From: Octopus sinensis
Lineage: Eukaryota
Assembly: GCF_006345805.1 (NCBI RefSeq)
Contig: NC_043003.1
Coordinates: 95,418,001 to 95,482,000 of the forward strand
DNA: 64,000 nt
Direction: 5' to 3'
Shown: positions 1 to 33,643 of the stretch, piece after piece
Layout: every line of letters starts with the position of its first letter
How positions within the stretch are numbered: position 1 is the first letter of the stretch
Position numbers and translations under genes: made by a program
The notes under the pieces: model-generated
What the model was told of the DNA's origin: nothing
The model's database searches: none
Seen by the model: only the letters and a program-made list of their open reading frames with translations

Positions 1-902
1 CTCAAAAAACACTCCCTTCCTGATGACCCCCTATACAGCCCCAAAATAGCTGGCTCTCTTACCTCAGAGAAGACCTAGATAGAAAGCACTCAGGACACAA
101 AATAAAAAAGACCATGCATGGTTATGTTGCCCGGAAGCTTGGAGAAGACAATAGAATTGACACGAAGAGAAACCTCTCTTGTATACAAGACCACTACATC
201 ACATCACACTTTGAAGGCTATGCGTTTGTAATCCAGGAACAGGAGATTGCCACAAAGTATCTGATGAACAAGAAAAACAATAACACTCTTGTAATCCCAA
301 GGTGCAACAGCATATATAGGCTATGTCATGTTTCTGTGGAAGACATTACGCATGTGATTAGCAGCTGTCCTAAAATGTTGTCACGGTACTACCTCCCTAT
401 GCGGTACGATGTTGTTGCTAAAACAATTTACAATGCCATCCGCAAAAACGACTGTCCTGAAATAAACTTAGAAAGTCTCTCTGTTATGTAATATATTCAT
501 AAATACCAACTCGAGAAATACTGGTGGAATATTCCCATCAAAACTTCTGTCAAATGTAAACATAACAGGCTGGATATTGTTGTTTGGGACAGAGGGGCAA
601 ATGTATGTACCATCATAAAGGTCAGCTTCCCTGGAGATATAATAGCTCTGAAAATCAAAGAAAAAGGGGATATCTATGGACAAGTCCTTCGAAACCTCCG
701 GGGTCTACATACAGACTATGAATTCATATTCATCCCAATAATAATTGGGGCATTAGGTTTTGTCAGAAATTGCTTAAAGGAGAATCTGGATGAGCTGGAA
801 TTTTCAGGAAGAAAAATAGACCGGCTGATTCGTATATTACAAGTGCAATCTGTGAGTGGAACATTAAAAATATGCAAGGCTTTTCTCAAGTTTCAACTGT
901 GA
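1..902 (+). mobile_element. 3' part of a non-LTR retrotransposon with restriction-like endonuclease (R4/Dong- or R2-like), inactivated
   Basis: One frame 114-902 with a single internal TAA (489-491). Degenerate CCHC knuckle (RLCHVSVEDITHVISSC), then KHNRLDIVVWD..TIIKVS (PD-ExK-like) and PIIIGALG; TGA at 900-902. Confidence 0.8.
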
Positions 903-1010
903 ATTTGTCTGTGTTAACTACATCCTAAAGATAGAGCCTTGTATCTTTGTTGGAAACCGACTCCGTCCTTAGTGGAAGATTTATAATTTAAAAAATTGAA
1001 GATACATATA

Positions 1011-1424
1011 TTTCTTTATTACCCACAAGGGGCTTAAACACAGAGGGGACAAACAAGGACAGATATAGTTATTAAGTCGATTACATCGAACCCAGTGAGT
1101 AACTGGTACTTAATTTATCGACCCCGAAAGGATGAAAGGCAAAGTCGACCTCGGCGGAATTTGAACTCACAACGTAACGGCAGACGAAATACCTATTTCT
1201 TTACTACCCACAAGGGGCTAAACACAGAGAGGACAAACAAGGACAGACAAACGGATTAAGCCGATTATATCGACCCCAGTGCATAACTGGTACTTAATTT
1301 ATCGAGCCCGAAAGGATGAAAGGCAAAGTCGACCTCGGCAGAATTTGAACTCACAACGTAACGGCAGACGAAATACCACTAAGCATTTCGCCCGGCGTGC
1401 TAACGTTTCTGCCAGCTCGCCGCC
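1011..1424 (-). mobile_element. tRNA-derived SINE family A, two tandem copies (one 5'-truncated)
   Basis: Reverse complement begins GGCGGCGAGCTGGCAGAAACGTTAGC, box-B-like GAGTTCAAATTCC, body GCCTTTCATCCTTTCGGGGTCGATAAATTAAGTACCAG; homologous to 15092-15310. Confidence 0.8.
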
Positions 1425-2026
1425 ATACATACATACATGCGTGCATATATACATACGTGCATAAAACCAATGTTTTGTTTTATGACAGGCGGGCAGACAG
1501 ACAGATAGAAGATAGATTACACACTAATATATTTCGATCAGTGTCCTCAGTTGTTGTAGTTAAAGCATGTCAGCTATTACAACTTTCAGTCTTCTTGAGG
1601 TGCTTTCTGTTGCATTCTATAACATTCTCAGAATTTAGACCTCACCAATTTATCACACTACAAATGTAGGATTGAACTCTCGCACCCATTACTTAAACAG
1701 CTATTCAGAATCACTATCTTATTATCTCGTAACAATACGGTTCACACGAAAGTTACCAAGAATCGCCACTTACATATAATCTTTCTAGATTGCGATTTAC
1801 TAAGTTCATGTCATTTTTGATGAAACTTGGAGTCAATTTATGCAGTGGTTTCAATATGATAACCAACAGTTATTTTGTTCAAACATATTCTTATATTTGA
1901 TTTATAGTTATTGTTTCAAAAACCGTCAAAGCTGATGTAATGAAAATCGTTAAAGTTCCAGAAAGCGGAATATTTACTCAAGGGAGATCACTCTCACTTA
2001 TTCTCGTGATATGAACTACGTATATG

Positions 2027-2473
2027 TATGTATATATATATATGTGTGTGTGTGTGTGTACGTATGTGTATATTTTTGTATATATGTGTGTGTATATATG
2101 TGCATATATATGTATATATATATATATCTGTGTGTGTATATATATATATGTGTGTGTATATGTATATATATGTGTGTGTGTATGTGTGTATATATATATA
2201 CATACACACATATATATATGTGTATATATATATATATATGTATGTATATATATATATATATGTATGTATGTATATATGTATGTGTATATATATATATGTG
2301 TATATATATGTATATACATGTATGTAATATTTATATGTATTTATGATATACATGCATTAATATTTATATGTATTTATGTATATACATGCATGTAATATTT
2401 ATATGTATTTATGTTATATTATATATGTATATATTATATGTATAATATATATGTATATATATATATGTATATA

Positions 2474-2528
<55 letters not shown>

Positions 2529-2625
2529 TATATATATGTATGTATATATATATATTATATATATATATTATATATATATTATATATATATGTATATATAT
2601 ATATATGTATATATATGTACATACA

Positions 2626-2671
<46 letters not shown>

Positions 2672-2690
2672 ATAATATAGATAAGAAAGT
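2027..2690. repeat. Long compound (TA)n/(TG)n/(TACA)n microsatellite
   Basis: Directly visible; source of many spurious Y/I/M/C ORFs. Confidence 0.95.
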
Positions 2691-2724
2691 TGGTTTGTGA
2701 AAGCACGTGGGTGAATATATAAAA

Positions 2725-3009
2725 AATAGTAAAGAGTGAAAAAACGACAGAAGGCTTAAATGTTAAAAAATATATATATTTGTGTCAATATGTCTGAAGA
2801 ATATTAGAAAATTTTTTAAAACAAATTTTTTTTCCTTTATAATGACATAATTTTTAAAAATGCGAAACCGGTCTTTCTTTAAAAATTATGTCATTATAAA
2901 GGAAAAAAAATTTGTTTAAAAAATTTTGTAATATTCTTCAGACATATTGACGCAAATATATATATTTTTTAACATTGAGCCTTCTGTCGTTTTTTCACTC
3001 TTTACTATT
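2725..3009. repeat. Long inverted repeat (about 133-bp arms, 19-nt loop)
   Basis: 2725-2858 is the reverse complement of 2878-3009 with few mismatches. Confidence 0.9.
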
Positions 3010-4437
3010 AAATAAACTAACTTCTCAGTTTCTGCCAACCAGTTCAACTCACAATGTATTACTTATCTTGTAACAATAGTAGAAAACATTTGCACAAGTT
3101 ACCATGTAACGGGACTAAACCAGAAACAGGGATGATTGAACATTATATTGGTTTCTTTTTGGCTAAGTACAAGATTACATGTTTTAAAAAAGAATGAAAA
3201 TTTATATTTATTGGAAAATAATTGACATTCATAGAAAAAATTTGGCATTCCTAGCTTTTACAAAAGTACTAATTAGATAAATCAACTGCAGAAATTATCT
3301 TGGAACTTGGGTAAATAATATACTGATTACACATTAATGTTATAGGGTATCAACAGTTATTTATACTTGTGTAGGAGAGTGTTGAAAAGCAGATGAAAAT
3401 CAAATAATGAACCATATTAGATAATTAGAAACATCCAACCTATTCCCAGATGTTTAAAGCTTGTCTCCTAAGCTATATACTATCCTCATGTCCAACACAC
3501 GTAAACTGTTACATAACCTAGTTTCTGCTGTGATATCTAACTTCCACAGGGCAGAGACCATTTGCTGTCCCATGCATTGGCAGTCCTGTAAAAATGATAA
3601 GCAGTATAGTTGCTGTAGAGAAATGTAAGCAAATGTACTACTTATCAGGTTCTTGTGTGGGTATAGCTTAAAGATGGAGGGGCTCTGACAAACTAATAAC
3701 AGGTAAAAGTAATGGTTCTTGATCTGGATGATAGCACTCTATGTAGACATAGTCAGTTCACAAGAAGAGCAGCAAATGTCATGGGTGAACTAGGGACATG
3801 CAGGATAAGATAATAAACCATCACATAAATTGACATTTTGGGTGGAGGCAAAACTTGAGAAGGGAGTGTTTGTAAAATGCCATTCAGTGAACTGAGAGGG
3901 CACCAAACTTCAAAAAGGCTGAGAACCTCAGAAATGCTTCAACAAAGCAATATGGTGCATGAAAAGATAAAAAGAAAAGGAAACGTTTAAAGTTCAGATC
4001 TCAAAACAACGGTAAACATTCAATCAATTACAGCTCTCTCCTACAAGTTAACAACCTCATGGCTTAATAGGAATTACTATTAGTGCAAGGAAAAGTAAGT
4101 ACCCGGGTATTAGCTTGTTACAACACATGCTGGGTGAATAAACATACAGAGAGTTGGTATTAAATGATGCTGACAGAGAAAAGAGAGCAAATAAGGTTCA
4201 CAATGAAGCCATCAAGACAGAAAGCTCAAGCTCAGACGGTCAGAATCACATAGATTACATTACACTCAAAATATGGTTATTCAAGGTCAATCAATAAGCA
4301 AAGAGAATCAAATGAATCAATAGCTATTAAATATTTCAATAAAAGAAGCAACTCAGAAAATTTTAAAATAAAACTTTATTCAAGTTTCGTCTTCGTTGTA
4401 GTATAAAATGTATAACATGTTTCTGCTTATATATATA

Positions 4438-4468
<31 letters not shown>

Positions 4469-5014
4469 ATAAAATCGAATAGAATAAAATGCTTTGAGAA
4501 TATTATTATGAACAAATGAAAGAAATTTCTACATTTTATTCAAATTTGTTATAGATTTCAATCCTTTTATAAAATGATTTAGTTAAACTGTAAGAGAAGG
4601 GAAAACTTATCATCATCATCATCATCATATAATATTCGTTTTCCATGCTGGCATAGGTTGGACAGCTAGACAGGAGTTGGCAAACCAGAGGTTTTTTTAT
4701 GGTGGAATGCCCTTCCTAATGTCAACCACTTTACAGAGTGGAAAACAATTGAAATAAATGAAACTGAATTAAATTTCCATGATATCACACATTTTTCTTA
4801 CAAATTTCACATGAAAAACATGTGAACTTCTAGAACTGATAGCATAAAAGATTAATGTAATTTATATCAGCTCATTTTCCCTTCTCCTAAATTGCTTTGT
4901 AAAAATGATTGAAACCAGTAGTATATTTAAATCAAAATATTTTTTTTCTTTTGTCCATGGTTAATGTTCTCAAAGAATTTTATATATTTTGTTTTGTGCA
5001 TTAATATTATGTAT

Positions 5015-5018
<4 letters not shown>

Positions 5019-5078
<60 letters not shown>
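5019..5078. repeat. (TG)~30 microsatellite
   Basis: Directly visible. Confidence 0.95.
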
Positions 5079-5090
<12 letters not shown>

Positions 5091-5354
5091 CTTCTTTGTT
5101 TTGATTGTAAGAAAGTTACAAAATGATTCAAGCACTCAAGCACATAGTTTTATGCATGTCACTTATCAAACTGTTTCCTGAAGTCCGTGCACAAAACTCT
5201 TGGCCCTTGCTCTATGAAACTTTGCAAGCATTTAACAACATATATATTTTTATCACATGCATTCTGTGTCTTCTATTTGATCCACCAAATCTACATATAA
5301 ATACACACACACATATAAAAATGTGAAGCTATGGATATTATTCAAGCAATCCGA

Positions 5355-5552
5355 TCGTGGCCGTTGCCAGCCTCGCCTGGCACTTAAAATGCACCCACTA
5401 CACTCACGGAGTGGTTGGCGTTAGGAAGGGCATCCAGCTGTAGAAACACTGCCAGATCAGACTGGAGCCTGATGCAGCCTTCTGGCTTCCCAGATCCCGG
5501 TCGAACCGACCAACACATGCTAGCATGGAGAACAGACGTTAAACGAGGATGA
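5355..5552 (+). mobile_element. Family C repeat (RTE LINE 3' end)
   Basis: CACCCACTACACTCACGGAGTGGTTGGCGTTAGGAAGGGCATCCAGCTG...CATGGAGAACAGACGTTAAACGAGGATGAT, as at 45460-45626. Confidence 0.8.
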
Positions 5553-5944
5553 TATATATATATATATATATATATATGCATGTGTATTATATGTATGTGT
5601 CTGTATGATTCACTACTATTATACTATTCATTCTACATTTAACTTTTATATTACACTCTGATCTATATGATTGGAAATTAATTATGTAATCTATTAAGCT
5701 GAGACCAGATTACATACCTGCTACTAATCTACAATGTCTCTATTTCAAACAGCTATTAAGCATCTATCATGATACATGCTTCCTCACTTCTTATACTGTT
5801 TCTGAAGAAGAAGTGGTCACACGTAGCATTGAATATGATGTAAATGATTATGTAATAGTCACTGAAACACATGTAAAGCTGTTATGAGTAAACCATTTCA
5901 CACTATTTTCTTCTGTCATGTACAATGTGTGCGTGCGTGTGTGT

Positions 5945-6295
5945 GTGGTAAGAAGCTTGATTCCCAAACAAATGGTTTTGAGTTCAATTCAACAGTGTGA
6001 CACTTTGGGCAAGCGTCTTCTGCTATAGCCTCGGACCAACCAAAGCTTTGTGAATGGATTTAGTAAACAGAAACCTGAAAGAAGCCTGTCATTCATATGT
6101 ATATATGTATGTATGTATGTGTGTGGGGTGTGTGGGGGTTTGTCCAATAATTTCGCGGTTTGGCAAAAACGACCAATAGAATCACTACTAGGCTTTAAAA
6201 GAAATAAGTTCTGGGTCAATTTGTTCAACTAAAACCTTTCAAAGAGGTGTCCCACCATCACCACAGTCAAATGGCTGAAACAATAGAAGATAAAA
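5945..6295 (+). mobile_element. tRNA-derived SINE family B (CORE-like), degenerate
   Basis: GTGTGGTAAGAAGCTT...TTGGGCAAG.GTCTTCT...GACTGAAACA-type tail; homologous to 17226-17633. Confidence 0.7.
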
Positions 6296-6306
6296 GATAT
6301 ATATAT

Positions 6307-6337
<31 letters not shown>

Positions 6338-6897
6338 TGATATATATATATATATACAACTTATAAATAAGGGCAAACGAAAAAAAATTTCTAATGCCAA
6401 ATATGCCGAAAATTGGACATATTGTCCATTTACCATATAATTTTTTTCCCCAGTACGCACGCTACTCGAAAAAAGGCCAACAGAAATCTCTAAAAAATTC
6501 CATTATTACCATATCAGACCGATTTCAGGGTTAGTTCAAAAAGAACCCTCCCTTCGTCAGTGATACATGTGGCAAAGAAGTAAATGAGATACTTACTCAT
6601 ACCCATGGAAGAAGCATACACGTATATATACACTGTATATATAATCAATCAGAATATAGACATTTGTTATATGCCATAATCAGTAATATACTGCTCAACA
6701 ATATAAAAATATATCTGATATTAGTCCTAAAATAACATCTCTTATGAACATGCTGTGTAAAAAACGGAATAAATATCAGAGATGAAAAACTGCCTCAGTA
6801 GCAGCAGCAGCCAGTGAGAGCAGATCCTTCAGTAGCTACCTTATCATTAGTGTTTATAAATAGAAGGATATGTATGAATATAAATATATATGTGTGT

Positions 6898-7140
6898 GTG
6901 AAGGTGCATGGCTTAGTGGTTAGGGTGTTGCACTGATGATTGCAAGATCATGAGTTCGATTCCCAGGCCAGGCGTTGCATTGTGTTCTTGAGCAAATCAC
7001 TACATTTCACATTGCTTTGTGATTATTTCGTTATCTGACATGTGGCACATGGTGCACCTGTACAGGTAATGTCGATTTGATGGAGGGAATGAGCTTATGT
7101 GAACACAAACATTTGATCACTATAAACAAATCATCTGTGT
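6898..7140 (+). mobile_element. tRNA-derived SINE family D (related copies near 8715, 19490 minus, 20737, 44000 minus, 46110, 55237, 58020 minus)
   Basis: Head GGTGCATGGCTTAGTGGTTAGGGTGTTG..GAGTTCGATTCCC followed by TGTGTTCTTGAGCAAA. Confidence 0.7.
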
Positions 7141-7330
7141 GTTTGTTTGGTAATTTCTTGCTGAACCCTTGTACATCATCTAAAGATGGGAGAGTCCATG
7201 GTGTATATATATATATATATATATATATATGTGCATATATATGCATGTATTTGTGTATACATGTAGTATATCTTGGCTTTGTAGCCTGAGAACAAGCAAT
7301 ATTCATACTTAATAAATCAAATTCCATATA

Positions 7331-7372
<42 letters not shown>

Positions 7373-8029
7373 AAAGGACTAACCACTAAAAGTGGATGGT
7401 CAATATGCTAGATATAATTTTGTATGTAAAAAATATTTTAATCTTCGGATTTTTTTAATATGCTAGGCCACTGGTTTTAATTGATTAATATCAATTTCTA
7501 CCCTTATTCAATTTTATATATATATATATATATATATTAGTTAAGGGACATAACTTAGTCTTCCTTACTCCTTGGCTTCTTGATTGAGTGGTTTGTGATT
7601 GAAATCGCATTCAACAAATATAAAAAAAAGTAATTGCATAAATAATATGCAACTGTATAAGATCAAGAAAGTCACCCAAAATGGATGGAAAATCTATATA
7701 AGATAATAGATTAGGCTCTTAAGTTTCTACCTCAGTAAAAAAATTTAAGGAAATCTGACTATATTAAAAGGTATTTATCATCAACCTATCGTTAGCCTTA
7801 GCTAGGAAGATATGAGGAACAAAACATTTTGTTCGTGAACTAGACCCATTTCCATGCTTCTTATACATCTTTGCAGAGAGTCTCAGTGAAAGCTTGAATC
7901 AGGCGTTACACAAAGCTTTTGTTTGCATTAAAACAATTCCATGACAGAAAATTTGATATACTTACATAACGAAATAGGAATTGTCTACTTGGGATATCCC
8001 AAAAGGAGTTAAGTCTATAATAAAAATTC

Positions 8030-8465
8030 TTTATACACAAGGCCTGAAATTTTGGGGAAAGAGGCTAGTCAATTACATTGACCCCACGAGTGCTTAGGTA
8101 TTTGTTTTATTGATCCTGAAAGTATGAAAGGCAAAGTCAACTCGGCAGGATTTGAACTCAGAATGTAAAGATGAACAAAATACTTAGCAGTATTTTTGTC
8201 CAGCATGCTAACGATTATATCAGCTCAACACTGTTAATATAATTTTAAATTTTGGCACAAGGCCAGCAAATTTAGAGAGAGGTGGTAAGTCAATTACATC
8301 AACCCCAGTGACCAACTGGTACTTATCTTATTGACCCATGAAAGGATCAAAAACAAAGTCGCCGTCTCCTCAGTGGAATTTGAACTCAGAACATAATGCC
8401 AAAAGAAATGCCACTAAGCATTTTATCCGCTGCACAAATGATTCCGCCAGTTTGCTGCCTTAAGA
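8030..8465 (-). mobile_element. Two degenerate SINE family A copies
   Basis: GATGAAAGGCAAAGTC..GGAATTTGAACTCAGAA pattern occurs twice. Confidence 0.7.
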
Positions 8466-11400
8466 TCTTTGAATAATAATAATCCCTTTCATAGGAAAAA
8501 CAAATCAGACCTTATACAGGAATGAAAGAAAGGTTGTACAACAGACATTCAGATAAAAAAAAAAAGAAACAGAATTATGAATCTCCATGAATTACATACA
8601 GTAGTGTCACAGACCACAGCTTAATAGGAATTTCTAGTTTACCTCTACTTGCCTCATTCATTAACTGCATACATTTGAGTTTAGTCTTATTATAGTTGTC
8701 AAGTTTTATAGCAGAAGGTATGTAGACTAGTAGTTAGGGTGTGGCACTCATGATTACAGGATTATAGTTTTGGTTCCCAGATGAACGGTACATTGTGTTC
8801 TTGAGAAAAACATCATTTCACATTGCTCCAGTCCACTCATTCGTTCATGACTAACTCTGCAATGGACTAGCATCCCATTCAGGGAAAATGTTGTAATCTC
8901 GGTCACTTATACACTATAGACACCAGATACCAGCCCCATGAGTCCTAGGACTTAAAGCAGTAATGTCTAAGGGATTTACTTTACTGTTTTATAATTTCTG
9001 TAATTTTCTTCCACAAAACATACATTTTAATTCTTTCTTACAATTATATAGATTTAAACAATCTTCATTAACTCAATAACTTGTTGCTGGCCTAACAAAG
9101 TCATAATGATTACCCGATACATTTCAGGGTTTATTTTTGGCCATCTATACTGTCTGGGATTGAATTATGCATAAATCAAAACTAACTTCCATCACACCAA
9201 AACTGACAACATGTCTACCAATCCCTTACTAGAATTCTTACAATAAGCATACTCTTCACCTCAAAATTTGGTACTATATGACAATAAATATAAAAAAAAC
9301 CCTTCTGAAGCCCAGTTGACTGTAACTTTAATTACTTCATTAGAATCAACTGAAGTTTGTGCTGGATTTCCAAGCATACATAATGAATAATAATTCAATA
9401 CTATATCAAGTAATTAGCCTCCACACCTACATTTTTTTCTTCTTATAATCACAACATTGCATTTTTTTTTTATATAACTGCTAGAATACAAAAACATTAT
9501 GAGTGACAGAGTCTACAATCTAAAAGGAATAGTTTCATACCAATACCACTTGAAGATGAAGTGATATACAAGACATCGACAATAAAGCTTCTTGTGCTGA
9601 ATGTCAGCAACAGAAGCTACAAATAAGTCCAGCATATTCCTAAGACCACTGCAATTCTCCTGCTACAACATACATAATAATTTCTTCCTTAGCCACAAAG
9701 TGAATATAGGGGGAAATTTGTGTAATTAATTAAACTGAGCCAGGGTGTTATTGATACGTGTTGACCGTTCTCCCCAAAAAATGAGTGACTATGTCAAACC
9801 TGATAAGATTTTAAGTCAAATATGAAGCGTTACATCTGTTGGGTGGAGAAATAAAATGTTATAATGTTATAATGTTTGTACTTTTCAATCACACACTAGC
9901 AAAATATGAGAAGCCATTCTTGTCAAACATCGAATTCAGATTACATATAACATATTTAATCAATAATCATGAGTCCAACAAAATATATTTTGTTCCACAA
10001 GAGAGATAACATTTAATGGAATATTAGAGGTAGTTTTTCCACAAAGCACATGCGTCCCACATTTTAAAAAAGCAGACAATGAGAAGTTGTGAGGTACATG
10101 CCTTTCCTAAGGGCACTAATGGTAGAAGAAAAATAGAATGGCTTCAGCCAGAAACTAAAATCACACTACAGTCTTAGATCAGTGAGATTTTACCTCTTAT
10201 AACAACGTTTGCCACAGCAATAACAAGAAGGTTGAATGAGAACAAAGTTATATCTTAAGAAATGAGGTAAATGATATACTGTGACATCATGCCTTTCCTA
10301 GGGTTGTTAATAAGGTGAACATTATGTCAATAAAAATATCAAAACCAGTTTTTGTCTTTCCAAGAACTTCAACTTTTGTTCTATAGCATACAACAATATA
10401 ATAGCAATAACAACAATCTTTTATACACACAAAGCTATTTATATTTATAGTTGAAATAAGATTGTATGACGCTCATGCCTTTCTCAAAAATATTAGTAAG
10501 ATAAGTGAATGTAATGACAAGGAATAGGCAATATGAGAAGACCTCTATGATAATGGTTTGGTATTATTAATATAAAATCAGAATAATCTCTCTGTGAAAA
10601 TAATATACGGGCATACCTCAACTTACATCATTTCGAGTTGTATTTTTTTGGCTTTATATCATTTTTTTTTTTAAGAAATTAATAGGAAAAGAAAAAGGAA
10701 GCTCAACTTCAGTCGATTGATCTGACAATATGTCAGAACCAGTGAATATATCTGAAAGCATAAAAATTAAAAAAACAAAAACCTAAAACCCAATACTGAA
10801 GTAGCAGATCAAATACGATACATGCGAAAATATGTACAAACCATTTGTTAAAACAAAAATAAGATAAAGATTTTAAAAGTTTTTTCTTGTGATATGTCAT
10901 TTTCTGAGTTTGGTCACATGACTTGGAACCATTTACCAGTATAAGCTAAAAAAAATCTGATCTCTAAAAATACACTTCATCTGATCTCTAAAAATACACA
11001 ATTGTTTTACTTAGATTTCATAAACAAAACAGAAAAAAATGTTTACAAAATTTTGAATGTCTGGCAAGATGATTTACAAAAATTACATATATATATATAT
11101 AATTTACAAGATAAGGGCAGAATAAAAATTCTAATGTCAGATACGCCGAAACAAAAAATTGTCGATAACCATTAAATTTATGCGTCTCAAAACAAACCGA
11201 TAGAAATCTCTAAAAAATTCGTTATTACCGTATTGGTCCAATTTTGGGGTTAATTCACAAGAAATTTTCCCCTCTTCAGCGGCAAATACACGAGATAATT
11301 GTAAATTATATATAAATTTTACCTTTAAAGGCATTTTTTGATATGCTGGCCATTGATAAAATTTTTTTGCCGAAAAAATTTTTATCCTATATCAATTATT

Positions 11401-11716
11401 ATATATATATATATAATTATGTATATATATTTCTCAAAGAATCGCATTGTTCCATAAAAACTATACAATGTATAATATATATATTGTTCAAACTACAATG
11501 GTTAGCAAATCTGTTTGGACCCTTAATATATACTTCAGAAAAAAAATTATAAAAAAAACAAAAATAGAATAAAATGTATACAAAATATAGTGGCACTGAA
11601 ATAGAATTTGGACGAGTGTTTAAATTTTCTATAGAATAAAAAGCTTTCTACAGAATAAAATTTTTCATTCATCAATAACGTTTTTCCTTCAAAAGAAGTC
11701 TTATTTCCATAAACAA

Positions 11717-32022
<20,306 letters not shown>

Positions 32023-32956
32023 TTAAAGCAGTCAATCTATCGACTGCTATTTTACCTAGTGAGGAAAATGTTTTAAGACTAACCAGTAGAATGATAAATA
32101 ACCCCTCTCTTAGATTTTCATTGTATCAGATAAAACAACTGATGTCTCATAAGAGTCAAACTTTTGTTTGACTGTCAAGATAAAATGAAAACTGATATGG
32201 TCATTAAGCGAGCGAAAGACACATAAACAATTTAATTGTTTCGGTAATATAACGAGTCGGGACATAATTGTTAGTTACACCGTACAAATGCAATTAACGT
32301 AACCTCATAAATAAAGCAGAGTAGAGAAGAACGTGGTTAAGAATTCCCATAATTTTTATTCAACCATGCCAGGAATAATTTCCTGGTATATTTAATTAAC
32401 TGAAAAGATCATTTTATTTACGATCTTTGATAATTATTTGTAGAAAATTTAACTGCTGAGAGATTGATGGTTTAACACATTCTTTTGTATTCGTCACATT
32501 TCCTTAAAAAAAATCTTCAAATTTGTGGATTATTTTTTTTACAATTTGATTTAAAATAGAAACATTTGAAGGTAAGCGATCATTATAATATTTTTGTCCT
32601 TTTTAACTTTATTTTTGTGCATTTAAAAAAAAACTTTAAACTGTTTTATTCTTAGTTTTCACGTTATGTATAAATTTTCGCCAAATTCGGACACGTGGTT
32701 CCATCTTGTCTACTGATTAAATAGAGACTGTCTTGAAAATCCATTCTTTTTTTTAATTAATTCTGTTTACTTATAAGCTTTTATTAACAAACTGGACTAC
32801 AGGCACCTTGTCCTATTCCATTGGAATTTTAAAAAGTATCCAGTTTAATTTAATTCGTGATTTATCTCCGTTTTACCCCTAAATAATAAAATCCGTTAGA
32901 TTAACATTTTAGTAGATGAACTTCAGGTTAGTTAAAATATGTTTGTGACATTTTAA

Positions 32957-33037
32957 GATATATATATATATATATATAATATATATAATTATATATATAT
33001 ATATGTATTATATATATATATATAGCAAACTTACATA

Positions 33038-33073
<36 letters not shown>

Positions 33074-33234
33074 AGCAAACTTACATAGCATATATATATA
33101 TATATGTATATATATGTATATATATATATATATAGCAAACTTACATAGCATATATATATATATGTATATATATGTAATATATATATATATGTAATATATA
33201 TATATATAGTATATATATAGCAAACTTACATAGC

Positions 33235-33269
<35 letters not shown>

Positions 33270-33282
33270 GCAAACTTACATA

Positions 33283-33339
<57 letters not shown>

Positions 33340-33356
33340 TAGCAAACTTACATAGC

Positions 33357-33395
<39 letters not shown>

Positions 33396-33412
33396 TAGCA
33401 AACTTACATAGC

Positions 33413-33455
<43 letters not shown>

Positions 33456-33612
33456 TATATATATATATATATATAGCCAAACTTACATAGCATATATATA
33501 ATATATATATATATAATATGTATATATATATATATATATAGCAAACTTACATAGCATATATATATATATATATATGTATATATAATATATATATATAGCA
33601 AACTTACATAGC

Positions 33613-33643
<31 letters not shown>

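Noticed and set aside
2027-2690. Numerous UGUAUAUA Pumilio response elements in TA/TG tracts
   Set aside because: Expected by chance in these microsatellites, and Puf-A/PUM3 proteins are not known as sequence-specific PRE binders.
1978-2706. Many 90-120 aa ORFs rich in Y/I/M/C/V/H (also at 21265-21691, 22959, 31243, 33008-33480)
   Set aside because: Translations of TA/TG/GATA/AAT microsatellites; no splice signals or protein motifs.
2793-2873. Full hammerhead using CTGAAGA at about 2794 with GAAACCGGTC
   Set aside because: The intervening 60 nt form no helix II and the flanks give no helix I; only the 3' half-motif is retained as a finding.
3540-4300. Possible ancient LINE remnants (also about 9100-9700, 20050-20400, 22280-22540, 29880-30060)
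   Set aside because: Composition hints at decayed coding sequence, but I could not read a convincing motif or boundaries by eye.
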